Below, piece by piece: positions 26,570 to 39,558 of a DNA stretch of 64,000 bases (within the stretch, counting starts at the first letter, position 1; every line of letters begins with the position of its first letter). The position numbers and the translations under genes were made by a program. Below the pieces are notes generated by a model. The model worked only from the letters and a program-made list of their open reading frames with translations, searched no databases and was not told the DNA's origin. The stretch is from Lama guanicoe. Lineage: Eukaryota. Location: positions 4,303,371 through 4,367,370 of the forward strand of contig MU054338.1 of assembly GCA_013239625.1 (NCBI GenBank), in the 5' to 3' direction.

Positions 26570-28198
26570 GATTACACACAAAAATTTCATGAACTGTTAG
26601 ATAAAGTCAGCCATCATCTTAAGTTATTTTTCTTGCTCACCTGTTTTCTAACATATATATATATATATACATTTATATTAGGCAAACATCCAACACTGTA
26701 TGGACTGGGCTGCCCCAGGGCCTTATAAACGCTTGCGTGTATGTGAGGAGAGAGTGCAAGTTTCCTGTCTGGGTTTTGGTCTGTATTTGAAGCTGAGAGT
26801 CCAGATGGCGCTTCAGTCTAAACAAAGCACAGGCATGTCTGAGCTTGTCTCCAGAGCTAGGCAGGCCCAACCTCTCTGGGCCAATTTGCATAACGATAAT
26901 GAACTGTCCTTACAATACAGCGTTAATTGAGTGGGAGGCAAGGGGCAGGCAACTGCCCTGTGATAGTTGTGGTTAAGGGTCCGGAGAAGAGAGGAGTCTG
27001 TCCCAGACATGCCAGCACGGAATTTTTTGCCTTCTCTGGGCCTTGTGTGACCTCCCCCCCCACCCCCAAGGGGAATGAATGGAATAGGAGGAAGAATTGA
27101 TAAATCCATTTTACTAAGACTGAAACAGCCCTGCTGCCCTTTCTTAAAATACCGCGTTGGGGGAAATCCCGATGTCCGATAGCTTTAAGCCTCACAGATT
27201 TAATTCTTCCAGGGCTGGACTTTGATGTGCTCACAGGCAAAGTGACAGTGCACCCCATAGGTGCGCCCCATATGTGGGTCAACCCCCGGATTCAGAGATG
27301 TGCAGGGCGTGAGGACTCTCTGGGGTCTTGCATCATACCAAGGGATGTGGTTGCCTCAACTGGGGAAATCTGAGTTATTTTTCTTCAGATGAGTTCCTTT
27401 GGTTCCCAGGTTTGGGGGAAGTGCAGTTTATGTATGTATGCCAGCATGGTCTTTGAGTCAGTATACGGTAATGCATATCAGCTTAATGTACCTTCAGGCT
27501 TTTATCACGGTCAGGAGAATGTGCAGAGATTATTAAAATCATGAAACACGGACTCAGAATTTGGGTTCAAATCTGACACTGTCAGTTACTAGCTGGTGAC
27601 TGTGGACAAGTTTTCAAACTTGTCTGAGCCTGTTTCCTTGTCTATAAAATGGGGAAAGAATGGCCTGAGAATAACTGAGCTGTTGTAAGGAGTGGGTTAA
27701 GAGGTGTGGAGCCAAACTGCCTGCGTTTGAATCCCAGCTCTGCCTCTTCTTAGCTGTGTAACTTCTGGCAAGTTACTTAACTTCTCTGTGCCACTTTTTG
27801 TTATCTGCAAAACGGCAGTGAAAATGCAAGTACATACCTCACTGGATTGCTGTAAGGATTAGAGAGGGTCGTGTACACAAAATGGCAAGCGCTGGCACAA
27901 TGCTGTTTAAGTTTTGCTGTTATTATCATAACGTTCTTACACAGTCGTACTTGGGTAAATATTTGAGCCAGACGGAAGGGTGGGCTGAAAAGGCAGGGTA
28001 TAAGAGAGAAAGGGAACTGGGGCAATGGTATCAGTTCAGGAAGAAGGGTGGGTGGTGCGGCGGTTCGTTCACAGGGTAGATTTCAGAAGCTGAGTTTCAT
28101 GAGTGTTTCAGGCTGGGGACCGCGGCCCGCAGGGTCCTAGGTGCTGCGTCTCTCTCTTCTGCCCGTATTCCTAAAGCTCTATTCCTCTTGTGTGCGTT

Positions 28199-28659
28199 TG
28201 TCAGCTTAAAGGGAGATGCTCAACATAAGGGTTGTGAGTTTCAGGTTTATTCAAGGGTTTTACTGAAGACTATAGCCCGGGGACAGCTACTCAGTTAGCT
28301 GTGAGGCAGATGCTCTGAAGAGGCAGGGGAGAAGCCAGTTTACATGTGATTTTTGGCTAGGGAACACTAGCATACATCTTGGTAAAAGATTATTGCTAGT
28401 CACAAAAACCAAATGTCTCAAGTTAATGATTTTAGGGCTTTTCTATGTATAGGAAGATGCAAGAATCTGGGATTGCTAAAATTCTTCCTGAGCTTCACCT
28501 CTAACTATCTAAGGGGTCTTGTCCAAAGCACAGAGCGCCTCGCCCTGTTTTCCGTCCTGGATTGCCCTCAGGGTGTGCGGTTAGTCAGCCAAGGCTGCGG
28601 GTTAACAGCTTGATCCTTGTAGAAACGGGGGTGAGCAAACTCCTTGTTCTTTGTTTACA
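28199..28659 (-). mobile_element. ERV solo LTR, same broad family as 26058-26569
   Basis: Shared ctctgaagagg.aggggag and tctcaagtta motifs; TG...CA ends. Confidence 0.6.
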
Positions 28660-28924
28660 TACTTCTCCGCTTTAATGTCTTTCACTTCCTTCTGGCCCCT
28701 CTTTTCTTTTTGTGACAGCTTTATTGAGCTGTAATTCACATACAAAACCAGGAAGTCCACCCGTTTAAAGTGTATGATTCAGTGTCTTTTAGTACATCCC
28801 CAGAATTGTGTATCTAGCACCATAATGTATTTTAGAACACATTCATCATCTCCAAAAGAAACCCTCTGCCCATTTGCAGTTAATCCCCAGTTCCCCCGCC
28901 CTTGGCCCTAGACGAGTAACCACT

Positions 28925-29410
28925 ATGGTAGTAACTTTATGTGTTAACTTGACTGGGCCACAGGATCCACTGGATAGTTGGCCAAACATTATTGTGGGTG
29001 TGTCTGTGAGGGTGTTTCTGGATGGTGTTGGCATTTGAATCAGTAGACTGAGTAAAGCATATTGCCTTCCCTAGTGCTGGTGGGCCTCATCCAATCAGTT
29101 GAAGGACCAAGTAGAACAAAAGGGCTAAGTAAGAGGACATGCCTCCTGCCTGACCAGCTTTGTGTTGGGATATTGGGGTTTTTTTTCCCTGCTTTTATGT
29201 GCAAACTGAAACATTGGCTCATTCTATCTTCATACTCAATGTGAAACATCTCCTCCTCCCACTGGCTGGAGCCTTTGGGACTTTGGACTGAACAACACCG
29301 TCAGCTCTCCTGGGCCTTCAGCTTGCCAGCTGCCCATCTTGGGATCTGTTTAGCTCCGTGATCATGTAAGCCACTTTCTTATAATAAATCTCTTTCTATA
29401 GATCTTTGTG
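28925..29410 (+). mobile_element. MLT2-type LTR
   Basis: ttttatgtgttaacttgactgggccacagg...ttcttataataaatctc. Confidence 0.7.
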
Positions 29411-30489
29411 CATCCTGCTTTTTTTTACTGCACATATTTTTAAAACTTACGTATTTGTACCATTCTTTGTTTCTGAGAATGTTCAGAGCCCTAGTCTTTT
29501 AAACTTACATAGCTACCGAAGGAACAAAGCCAACCACAAAGTAAGAATCAATTCCGCTATTAACAGCAATATTATTTATAATTGCCAAGATACGGAAGCA
29601 CTTCAATAGATGCACTTCAATAGATGAATGGATAAAGAAGATGGAGTGTACACACGCAACGGAATGCAACTCACCCATAAGAAAGGACGCTTTGCCATCT
29701 GTGGCCCTCCCTTCACTTTTTTTCCCCTTTCACTTCAAAAACCAGAACTTTACAACCAGCATAAACATTTCCACTGCACCAAAAACAGCAAAAGACCTAG
29801 CAATAAACTTAACCAAGGAGGCTACCCATACTCTGAAAACTATAAAACATTGATGAAGGAAACTGAAGATGACACAAAGATGTGCATCCTATTGATTATC
29901 TGGAAAACCTCAGTGCCACCGCTGAGCCCCATCCTGTCTCTGTGGATTTGCCTGTTAGGGACACTTCACGCAAATGGAATTGTGTGTCTGACTTTTGTAT
30001 CTGCCTTGTTTCGCTCAGCATCACAGTTTCAAGACTCCTTAGTGCTGCCACGTGTATCCGTACTCCATCCGTCACACTGCTTGAGGCTATTCCATGGTAT
30101 CGATGTATCACATTCTGTTTATCATCCACTGGCAGACACTTGGGTTGCTTCCATTTCGGGCTATTGAGAAGAGTATTGAGACGGACCTCTGGGCCCTGGC
30201 GTTTGTGTGGACGTAGGTTTTCGTTTCTCTTGGGTGGATACCTAGGAGGTGGAGTTGCTGGCTCACGTGGTTACTCTGCATTTAACTTCTGAGGCACAGC
30301 CGGACTGCTTCCCACAGACGCTACATCGCTTTAGAATCCCACCAGCAATGTAGGAGGGTTCCTATATCAGTCAGGGTGCTTCATGAGGCTCAGGATCCTG
30401 ACGGTGATCCTTTGCTATCAAGTAGGGTGGCACAACTCATTTCTGGAATTGGATAATGGTCCTTTTGCTTAATATATTTTATATATATC

Positions 30490-30583
30490 TATTATTATTA
30501 TATTGAATGGAGATACTGGGCATGGAACCCAGACCTCCTGCATGCTAAGCATGTGATCTAGCGATGAGCTGTATCCTTTCCCC
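30490..30583 (-). mobile_element. tRNA-derived SINE (Vic-1-like)
   Basis: Reverse complement of the same SINE body. Confidence 0.7.
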
Positions 30584-31794
30584 AGTCCTTCTCTTTAAAA
30601 AAACCTCTTCATGGGTTCTGATATACTCTTTGGTATGATTGTTGAGAAATGTGATGTTCCCTGGGCATCCATAAAGGCAGAACTTGGTGGTCTGTGTGAT
30701 AAACTCAGCAGAATTTTGAGAGCAGGGAGTCAGGTCTATGAAGAGAGAGGTGATGGGGGAGAGATCCAGGGGTTCGTAAGGAAATGGAACCCCAGCCACG
30801 ACGGCAAAGAGGAGGGCACATATGAGTTCCTCGTGGCTGCTGTAAAAAATGACCACCAACTTTGTGCCTTAACACAACACAAGTTTATATTCCTATAGTT
30901 CTGAAGGTCCCAGTCTGAAATGGGTCTCAATGGGCTAAAACCAAGGAGTGTCTGGCACCAGGCTCCTTCTGGAGTTGCCAAGTTGAGAATCTATTTCCTT
31001 GCTGTTTCCAGCTTCAAGAAGCCACCACATTCCTTGGCTCATGGCTCCTTCCTCCATCTTCAAGACCAGCAGCTCCCATCTCCCTCTGACTCCAGCCTCT
31101 GCTTCTGTCACCCCCTACCTCCCTCTTATAAGAACTTGTGGTGACACTGGGCCCACCTGGACCATCCGGGCTCACTTCCCCATCTCAAGGCTTCCATGGT
31201 GGCTGCAAAGTCCCTTTTACTATATAAGGTAACATTTTCACAGGTTCCGGGGATAACCTCTGGGTTACCCCCATCTCAAATGCCACTTTCTTTTTTCTCT
31301 CTTTTTGTTTTTGTGTCATTCAAACAACTCAGAGTAGAGTAGGGGCGGGGAGGGAACAGCTGCTTAAAAAGTCTATCTAGACACCACATGGTAAGTGGAT
31401 TGTCCACTTCACGTCGGCAGGCGGCATGAAGATGCAGGATGTGCAACGTGGCTTTGTGGGGGATGCCTGACAGACCTGGGTTTCAATCCTGACGCCACCA
31501 GAGTGATGTGGTCTTAGGGAAATTGTGTAACCTCTCTGAATCTCAGTGAGTTAGCCTGAACCATTCCAACTTGTCAATACTTGACCTGTTTGCCACTTCA
31601 CGTAGCTCGACCTCAAATTGTGCCGTTGGCAGAATGGCCAGCCTCAGTCTGCCGTCTCCTCTGGTTTGCCCTGGCGTTTGGCAATTTTCAGTTTGCAAAA
31701 CTGCAGTTTTCAGCTTGCTATTCCGCATACCTCCACCAACAACCCACTTCATAGGTTTGCTGTCATGTTTGTATAAAACAAAACCTGTAGTTGA

Positions 31795-31930
31795 GGGGAG
31801 GGTGTAGCTCAGGGGTATAGCGTGGGTTTAGCATGCACCAGGTCCTGGGTTCAATCCCCAGGACCTCCATATAAATAGGTAAATAAGTAAATGAAAACCT
31901 AATTACCTCCCACCCTCCAAAAAAATTAAA
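31795..31930 (+). mobile_element. tRNA-derived SINE (Vic-1-like)
   Basis: GGGGAGGGTGTAGCTCAG...GGTTCAATCCCC...AAACCTAATTACCTCCC. Confidence 0.8.
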
Positions 31931-31953
31931 ATGAGATTTGTTGAGTGGCCAAC

Positions 31954-32417
31954 TGCTATGGGTTTAATTGTATCCCCCCCCCCAATTCACATGTGGAAGT
32001 TCTAACCCCCAGGATCTCAGAATGTGGTGATATTTGGAAGTGGGTTTGTTGCAGATGTAATTAGGTGAGATCATACAGGATGTAGGTGGATCCCTAATCT
32101 GATATGACTGTTTCCAGGAAAAAAAGGGGGGGAAATTTGCACGCAGACACAGACGAGAATGCTATGTGAAGACGAAAGCAGATATCAGGGTGGGGGTATT
32201 CTGCAAGCCAGGGACACTGAAAATTGCCAGCAAACCACCAGAAGCTGGGAGAGGAACACGGAACTGACTCTGTCTCACAGCCCTCAAGAGGTGCCAGCCT
32301 TACTGATACATTGATCTTGGACTTCCGGCCTTTAGGATTGGGAGACAATGAATTTCTGGTTTCTGAGTCACCCAGTTCGTTGTCCCTTCATTGCAGCAGC
32401 CCTAGCTAGCTGATACA
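31954..32417 (+). mobile_element. MLT1-type MaLR LTR
   Basis: tgctatgggtttaattgtatcccc...ttgatcttggacttc. Confidence 0.7.
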
Positions 32418-32494
32418 CCAGCACGCAGAAAGCTCTCTACACAGAGCAGCCATTGTTTCAGTTGTTAGCAGATGGCTCTGCTGAGATATCTTTA

Positions 32495-33535
32495 AAATTA
32501 TAATAAAACCCACATAATACAAAATTGACTGTTTTAACCCATTTAGGCATGCAATTCAGTGGTGTTAAGTCCATTCATGCTGTTGTGCAAACATCACCAC
32601 CGTCCATCTCCAGGCATTTTTAATCTTCCCAAACTGAAACTGTCTCCATTAAACACATACTCCTTTCCCAGCCCCTGGCACCTACCATCCTGCTTTCTGT
32701 CTCTGTGGATTTAACTCCTCCAGAGACTCTCATGAGTGGAATCATACAGTATCTATCCTTTTGTGACTGGCTTCTTGCACTTCAGCATCATGTCCTCAAA
32801 GTCCATCCATACTGCAGCATGTTGTCAGAATTCCTTCCCTTTTTAAGCTTGAATAATATTCCATTTTATATGTATGTCTGTACCCCATTTTGTTTACCTA
32901 TTCACCAGTTAGTGGACGGTTGGGTTTCTTCCACCTCTTGGCTGTTGTGAGTAGTGCTGCCGTGAACGTGGTTGCACAAATCTCTCTCTGAGTTCCTGTT
33001 TTCAATACTTTTGAGTCTCTACCCAGAAGTGGATAGCTACATCTTATAATAGTTCTGTCTTCAATTTTTTTGAGGGACCTCCATACTGTTTTCCACAGTG
33101 GCTGTACCAAATTATATTCCCACTAACAGTGCCCAGTGATTCCTTTTTCATCACGTCCTTGTCAATACTTGCTATCTCTTGTCCTTTTTTTTTTAATTGA
33201 AGTACAGTCAGTTACAATGTGTCCATTTCTGGTGTGCAGCACAGAGTCCCAGTCATGCATATACATACATATATTCATGTTCATATTCTTTTTCATTAAA
33301 GGTTATCACAAGATACTTAACATAGTTCCCTGTGCTATACAGAAGAAACTTTTTTAAAAATCTATTTTTATATATAGTGGCCAACATTTGTAAATCTCGA
33401 ACTCCCAAATTTATCCCTTCCCACTCCCTTTCCCCGGTAACGATAAGATTGTTTCCCACGTCTGCAAGTCTGTTTCTGTTTTGTTCTCTTGTCTTTTTGA
33501 TGACAGCCATTCTAACAAGTGTGAGGGACTATTTC
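32495..33535 (-). mobile_element. Old L1 3' region with a nested younger L1 3' end (~33185-33485)
   Basis: MVQPLWKTVW ORF2 C-terminal motif on the - strand. Confidence 0.75.
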
Positions 33536-35129
33536 ACTGTGTTTTTGTCCCTCCAGTTTTATTGAGATGTATTTGATATACAGCATGTTAGAAGCTTAAG
33601 ATGTAAGTATAATAATTTGACTCACATCATGAAATGATGATCACAATAAATTTGTGAACATCCATCATCTTCTTATAGGAACAAAAATCGATTTCTCTTT
33701 CTGCTCACCTCTGCACTCCCAGGGGACTCCTTTCTCATTCTGGTTTTAACTTGAGTCATTGGTAACACTTCTCTTCCCCAGAGTCCTCCCCATGTCCCCA
33801 CCAGAGGCCAGAGAAATGACAATTGTGGCGCTTGAGGAGTCTGCACATAGTCCCCAAACTGTGGTAGGGGCAGGAGCAGGGAGGGGGACTCAAAGAACTA
33901 AGGACAGAGTGAGGGGAAGGGGTGAAGAGAAGAAGAAAAAAGGAGGAAAGCGAAAGAAGTGAAAGAATGAATAAAGGAGGGGAAGGAGACCATACGTAAG
34001 AATGAGATCAGCCATCACCCAGAGGATGGAAATTAAAACAGACTATGAAGTCAATAAAACCAGAGAGAAAGAAAGAAATTTAGACTTTTCAGTGATGGGC
34101 CTGCCCCATCCTCACCTTAGGGATTTGATGTTGTTTTAAAGCATGTTATAAAGGACCAGATATAATTTCCCCTGTGTTTCTCCCCTTCCTGCCCCCTTCC
34201 CCCCACTTCCCTTCCCAATCATTCTTATTTTATGATCTTTATTGGTGATCCATTTCCATGGGCAAATCGTCTTTAGGAAACTAGTTCCATCAAAACCCAA
34301 AGGAAAACCAAAGTGGCAGTTTTAATAATTCAAGAGGATTAAATCTTGACTCATCACAGTCAAGATAAGGTCTGAGGATCAGATGTCCCTTGGTTAGACG
34401 GTTTCCATGATGATGGGAGGAGAGCAGAGAACTGACTGATACCTTTTGCCTCCATTAAGTAACAAGATCTCTGTCCCTGCTGAGGAGGAGAAGTTCCTCT
34501 AATATCTTAGAGGACTTAGTGATCAGGAAAGTGGTGGGCATGATCTGGTGGCTTCTGGTTAGTTTCTGGTTAGTCCATAGCAGAGAAAATAAACAAGTGA
34601 TTGTTTTGAAGGAGAGAGGAAGGAAGAAAACAAATATGTATATGGGAGGGAAGAGGTTTGGAGAAGCTTGGTAATATGTGAGAAGCCAGAGCTCTTAAGC
34701 TCAAGTCATTTTCACGTTACTTACTTAATTAATTAAAAATTTTTGCAGGGAATTGGGGAAGGGGGGGTGCCGTGACAGTGCCAGGATAGAGCTGAGGTCT
34801 CAGGGCGTGAGTTTCAAGCCAGGTTAAATTAAGAACGATTTTGAGCAGTGTGGGCTTTGAGACAGTGTTGGGTCAGAAAATCCATAAGCCATTAGAGAAG
34901 AAACAGGTACTTCCGAGGATGTACAAATAGAAAGAATGTCTGCCCAGCAAGAAAAAAAATCTTAGGCAATGTCAAAAAGTGAAAGATAACCTGAGAAGAT
35001 ACTTGCAACGCAAGTTATAGGTAAAAGACTAACATACAGAAGCATACAGGAATTTTCCTTAACATACGGAAACCTGCGACCTAACAGTAAACTAAAGCTT
35101 GCTGGCTCAAATTTGCAAAAACTGGGCAA

Positions 35130-36140
35130 ACATGTGTGCACTGCAAAACTATTTGGTGGTTTCTCAAAAAGTTAAACAGGATTACCAAAGGACCTGCAAA
35201 TTCCATTCCTAGGTATATATTTTCATAGGAGTTGACAACAGGATTCAAATAGATACATGTACACTCATGTTCATAGTGCAATTCACAGCAGCCAAAAGGT
35301 AGAGACAAACCAAACATCTATCAACAGATGATGGATAAGCAAAATGAGGTCCATCCAGGCAATGGAATATTATTTGGCCAGAAAAAGTATGACAGTCCAA
35401 TACACACTGCAGTGGGGATAACCCTTGGAAACATTTATGCTAAATAAAAGAAGCCAGACACAGAAGAATAAAATGGTATGATTCCATTCCCATAAATATA
35501 GAAAAGGTAAATCTGTAAAGATGGCATGCAGATCGGTGGTTGCCAGGGACTGGAGTGGTGGGGGAGGACAGAGAGTAACTGTTAGTAGGAATGAGGTTTC
35601 CTCTTGGGTGATGGAAATGTTCTGGAGCTAGCTAAAAGTGGTGGTTGCACAGCAATGTGTTTTTTTTTTAATTTTTATTTTTGAATTTTAAAAATTGAAG
35701 TATAGTTGACTTACAATGTATTAGTTTCTGGGGTACAGTAAAGTAATTCAGCTATTTACATACGTATAGACATATTCTTTTTCATATTCTTTTCCATTAT
35801 GGCTTATTACAAGATGCTGAGTATAGTTATGCGAATGTACTAATAAATGCCATTGAATTGTCCCCTTTAAAAGGGTTAATTGTATGTTATGTGAATTGCA
35901 CCTGAATTAAAAAAAGACACACATTATATAAAACAAGTAAACAACAAGAACCTACTGTACAGCACAGGGAACTATATTCAATTTCTTGTAATAATGTATA
36001 ATGGAAATGAATCTGAAAAGAAAAAAAAGTGAATCTGAAAAGAAAAAAATATATATGTCCAACTGAACCTCTTTGCTGAAACTAACATTGTAAGTCAACT
36101 ACACTTCAATGAAAAATTAAAAAAATAAAAATAAAAATTT
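35130..36140 (+). mobile_element. L1 3' fragments (old and young, nested)
   Basis: L1 3'UTR motifs and poly-A tails. Confidence 0.7.
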
Positions 36141-36469
36141 AAGTAGAGTGTATACACACGATTTTACAGAAAATACAAATGATTCAAGTAACTCTGAAGT
36201 CCATGGGGAGAAAAACAGGTTCCTCTTTTACTAGAAATAAAACAAATGGAAGGCTTCGTTTTACATACCGTGAAGCAGCATGCTCACACACACCAGATTA
36301 AAAACCTAAATTAGTTCAACACCTGTGAAGGCCAATTTGTTAAACACATATCAAAATTAGAAACACACCCTTTGGACCCAGACATTTCACTTCTGGGAAT
36401 TTATTCTACAAATAGAGGCGTGAAATGACTTATGTACATACAAGAATAAGAAATAAATGTTATCAGACT

Positions 36470-36554
36470 TGGGTAAGCTCACTAGTGGAGCGCCTGTTCA
36501 GCATGCGCTAAGTCCTGGGTTCAATCCCCAGTACTTCCACCAAAAAAGAAAGAA

Positions 36555-36622
<68 letters not shown>

Positions 36623-36632
36623 AAAACAAAAA
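36470..36632 (+). mobile_element. tRNA-derived SINE with (GAAA)n tail, downstream of the CD70 stop
   Basis: B box GGTTCAATCCCC; (GAAA)n at ~36547-36624. Confidence 0.75.
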
Positions 36633-36887
36633 AGGTCAATAGAAATTCTAAAAATGTCACTGCAACTAGTAAACGGATTCACTAAAATAAAAACAAATTC
36701 ACTAAAGCAAAATCAATAAATTTTACTTTAAAAAAATCTCTTAACAGAGATTAAGAAAACAATCGCCTTTGCAATTGTATCAAAAAATACAATAAAATAC
36801 AATAAAATACAATACAATAAAATAAAATACTATGGAAGAAAAGAAAAAAGACTAAAACCGCTCCCAGCAGAGCTGGGTCAGGAATGG

Positions 36888-37267
36888 TCAGGGGTGTACC
36901 CACTGGACCCCAAAGAAGGTCTCATCAGCGTTCCCGGAGGGCAGCAGGGGCAGAGTCAGGTTGGTGCAGAGGACGTCCCCGCGGGCCAAGGGCGTCAAGC
37001 GCTGGGACGCAACGGAGCAACTGCGGTCGAAGCGGAGACGCAGCAGGCTGATGCTGTGGGCGGCGGGGGAGCAGATGCCCACCGTCAGGGTGGCGCCGTG
37101 CGGCCCGGCCGTCGAGGAGCAGTTGGTCAGCGTCACCTGGATGTGCAGCCTGTAGATTCCGCTGCGCTGCACACGCAGCTGCCCGTTGTCCAGTTCCGGC
37201 CCGTGCACGAAGGAGCGACCCAGGGCTGGGCCCCCCTGCCAGCGCAGCCTGGGGGCCTGCCGGAATG
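36888..37267 (-). CDS. CD70: CD70 exon 3 coding part (TNF homology domain)
   Basis: Open frame to TGA at 36890-36888. The 5' boundary is inferred from homology and is preceded by GG rather than AG. Confidence 0.85.
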
Positions 37268-39523
37268 CCCCAAACCTCTGTGTCGAAACCTAACCCCCTT
37301 AAATTATGAAGCAAAACTACCAAAATTATGAAGCCAAAGGGAAGACTGCGACCAAATGGCTGACACGTTCTTGAATATTCGGGCTGAATATTCTGGGAAT
37401 GTGTCAGCTTAATAAATATTTAACTGAGATTTTCCCATCCCACCCCACTCCACCGCCAAAAAGTAAAGCATTTCAAGTGTTCCTGTATATAAAAAAGGAA
37501 ACATATTTGGGAGTTTTAGTTAGGATGATATTAGACATCACTTGGTGCAACCTATATTGCAACACTAAATACTTGCTTCTACTGAAGTAGTGGGTTCCTT
37601 CATTCAGGTATTCTGTTATTCCTTTTGGTACAATTTTAAAGTTTACTTCATTTGGTTTGCACATTCCTTAGATATTAATATATATTATTGATAAAATAAT
37701 GTATATTATTGACAAAAAATTTTTTTCTTATTATTGTTTTAAAAAAGCTAAACTCTAAGGGGATGGTGTTGGAAGGTGGGGCTGTGGGAAGTGATTAGAT
37801 CACAAAGGTGAAGTTCATATCCATTGATGGATATGAATGGATAAAGAAGATGTGGTATATATATACATATATATAATGTATATAATGTATACAAATAATA
37901 CATTATATATTATTTTTTATGGCTGAAATATTATTCAGCCACAAAAAATTAAAGAGTGAACTTCTGCCATTTGCAAGAACATAGATGGACCTGGAGGGCA
38001 TTATGCAACGTGAAATAAGTCAGACAAAGACAAATGCAGTACGACCTCACTCATAGGTGGAATCTAAAACAAAATAAAACAAAGCAAAACCCAAACTCAC
38101 AGATACAGATAAGGAGGACAGTTCAGTTGCTGGAGGTGGGGGATGGAGGGTGGGGGAAGTGGGTGAAGATGGTCGAAAAAGGTACAAGCTTAATCAAAGA
38201 AGTTAGATGAAGCTGGGGATGTCTAACTGGAGTTCACGCTGCTGTGCTGTATATTTGAAGGTTGCTAAGAGAGATCTTAAGAATTCTCAGCAGCAGCAAA
38301 AACAAAACATCCTAACTGTACGGGGATGGATGTTAAGGAGACATGGTGGTGATAGGTTTATAATATATACAAATATCAAATCGCTATGTTGTACATCCAC
38401 AACTAATACAGTGTTATATGTCAATTATGTCTCAATACAAAAAAAAAAAAAAGAGCAAGCGAGAGAGAGAGATCTCAGAGACTGCTCTCCTTTCCACCAT
38501 GTGAAGATACAACAAGAAGATGGCTGTCTCTGAACCAGGAGGAAGGCTCTCACCAGACACCGGAACTACTGATGCCTCGACCTTGACCTTCCCAGCCTCC
38601 AGGACCATGAGAAATGGCTGTCTTGTTTATAAGCTACCTGGTCTGTGTTATTCTGCTATAACAGCCTGAACAGAAATTGCCCAAGAGGAAAAAAAAAAGA
38701 GGACGAGGGGTTTCCTCCATTATAAAATGGCACGAACACACACCCAGATCTCTGGGGATGAGTGTGGGAGACCCAGAGAGGAAGACCGCGGGTTAGAGAG
38801 GGGCCAGGAGGGGCTGCCAAAGAGCATTCTCTCTCACGTTCCTTTACCTCTTTGCTCTAACACCCCCTCATCAGGGACACCTTCCTCGAAGGCCCCATTT
38901 TCAAGGCCAAACCGAACCCGGCATGCCCGGTGCCCCTCCCTTACTTATCAGTCCTCTCACGTGCGCTACGTGTGTGTTTTGCTCTACGTGGCAGGCTACA
39001 CGTTTTACTTGATCATTTAGTTATTATCCGATCCCCTCGGTAGAAGGGAAATACTGACAGGGCAGGGATTCCAGACTCTTCTGTTAGCTGTGGTGGCACC
39101 TGGAACGGTGGCCGCCTCACAGTAGCTGCCCGATTCATGTTTATGGTGTGAAGCGAGGTGTGTGAGCGATTGCCGTGGGTGCTGGTTTGGTTGGTTTGGT
39201 CTCTCCTCTGGGAGCAAAATACAATGCTGAAGAAGGTGGCCTCACTCAGAAACAGACCGCCCCATCTCCCTGTCTTTCTCTCTTTCCTTCATCCTTTCTC
39301 TTTCAATTTCTCTTTCCCTCTCTCTCTCCCCCACCCACTTTCCTTCTCTCTCCTTTTCTCTTTCTCGAATACAGACGTGCACTTGGTATTACCTGTGTGA
39401 TTTAGCTGGAGCTCAGCTAAGTCCCACTGGAAGAAAAACAAAGAGAAAAGAGGGCTAGAATATAAGCACCAGAGGTCTTGACTGTCCCCCACCAACCCCC
39501 CAACACACACACACACACACACA

Positions 39524-39558
<35 letters not shown>

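Larger units (their letters stand above)
24620..27450. mobile_element. Decayed ERV-like block hosting nested insertions (L1 3' end, SINE, two solo LTRs)
   Basis: ERV-internal-like sequence resumes on either side of each insert; no intact ORF. Confidence 0.45.

Noticed and set aside
36400..36405. AATAAA on the - strand as the CD70 poly(A) signal
   Set aside because: It lies within old L1-derived sequence beyond a SINE; it cannot be distinguished from chance without 3'-end data.
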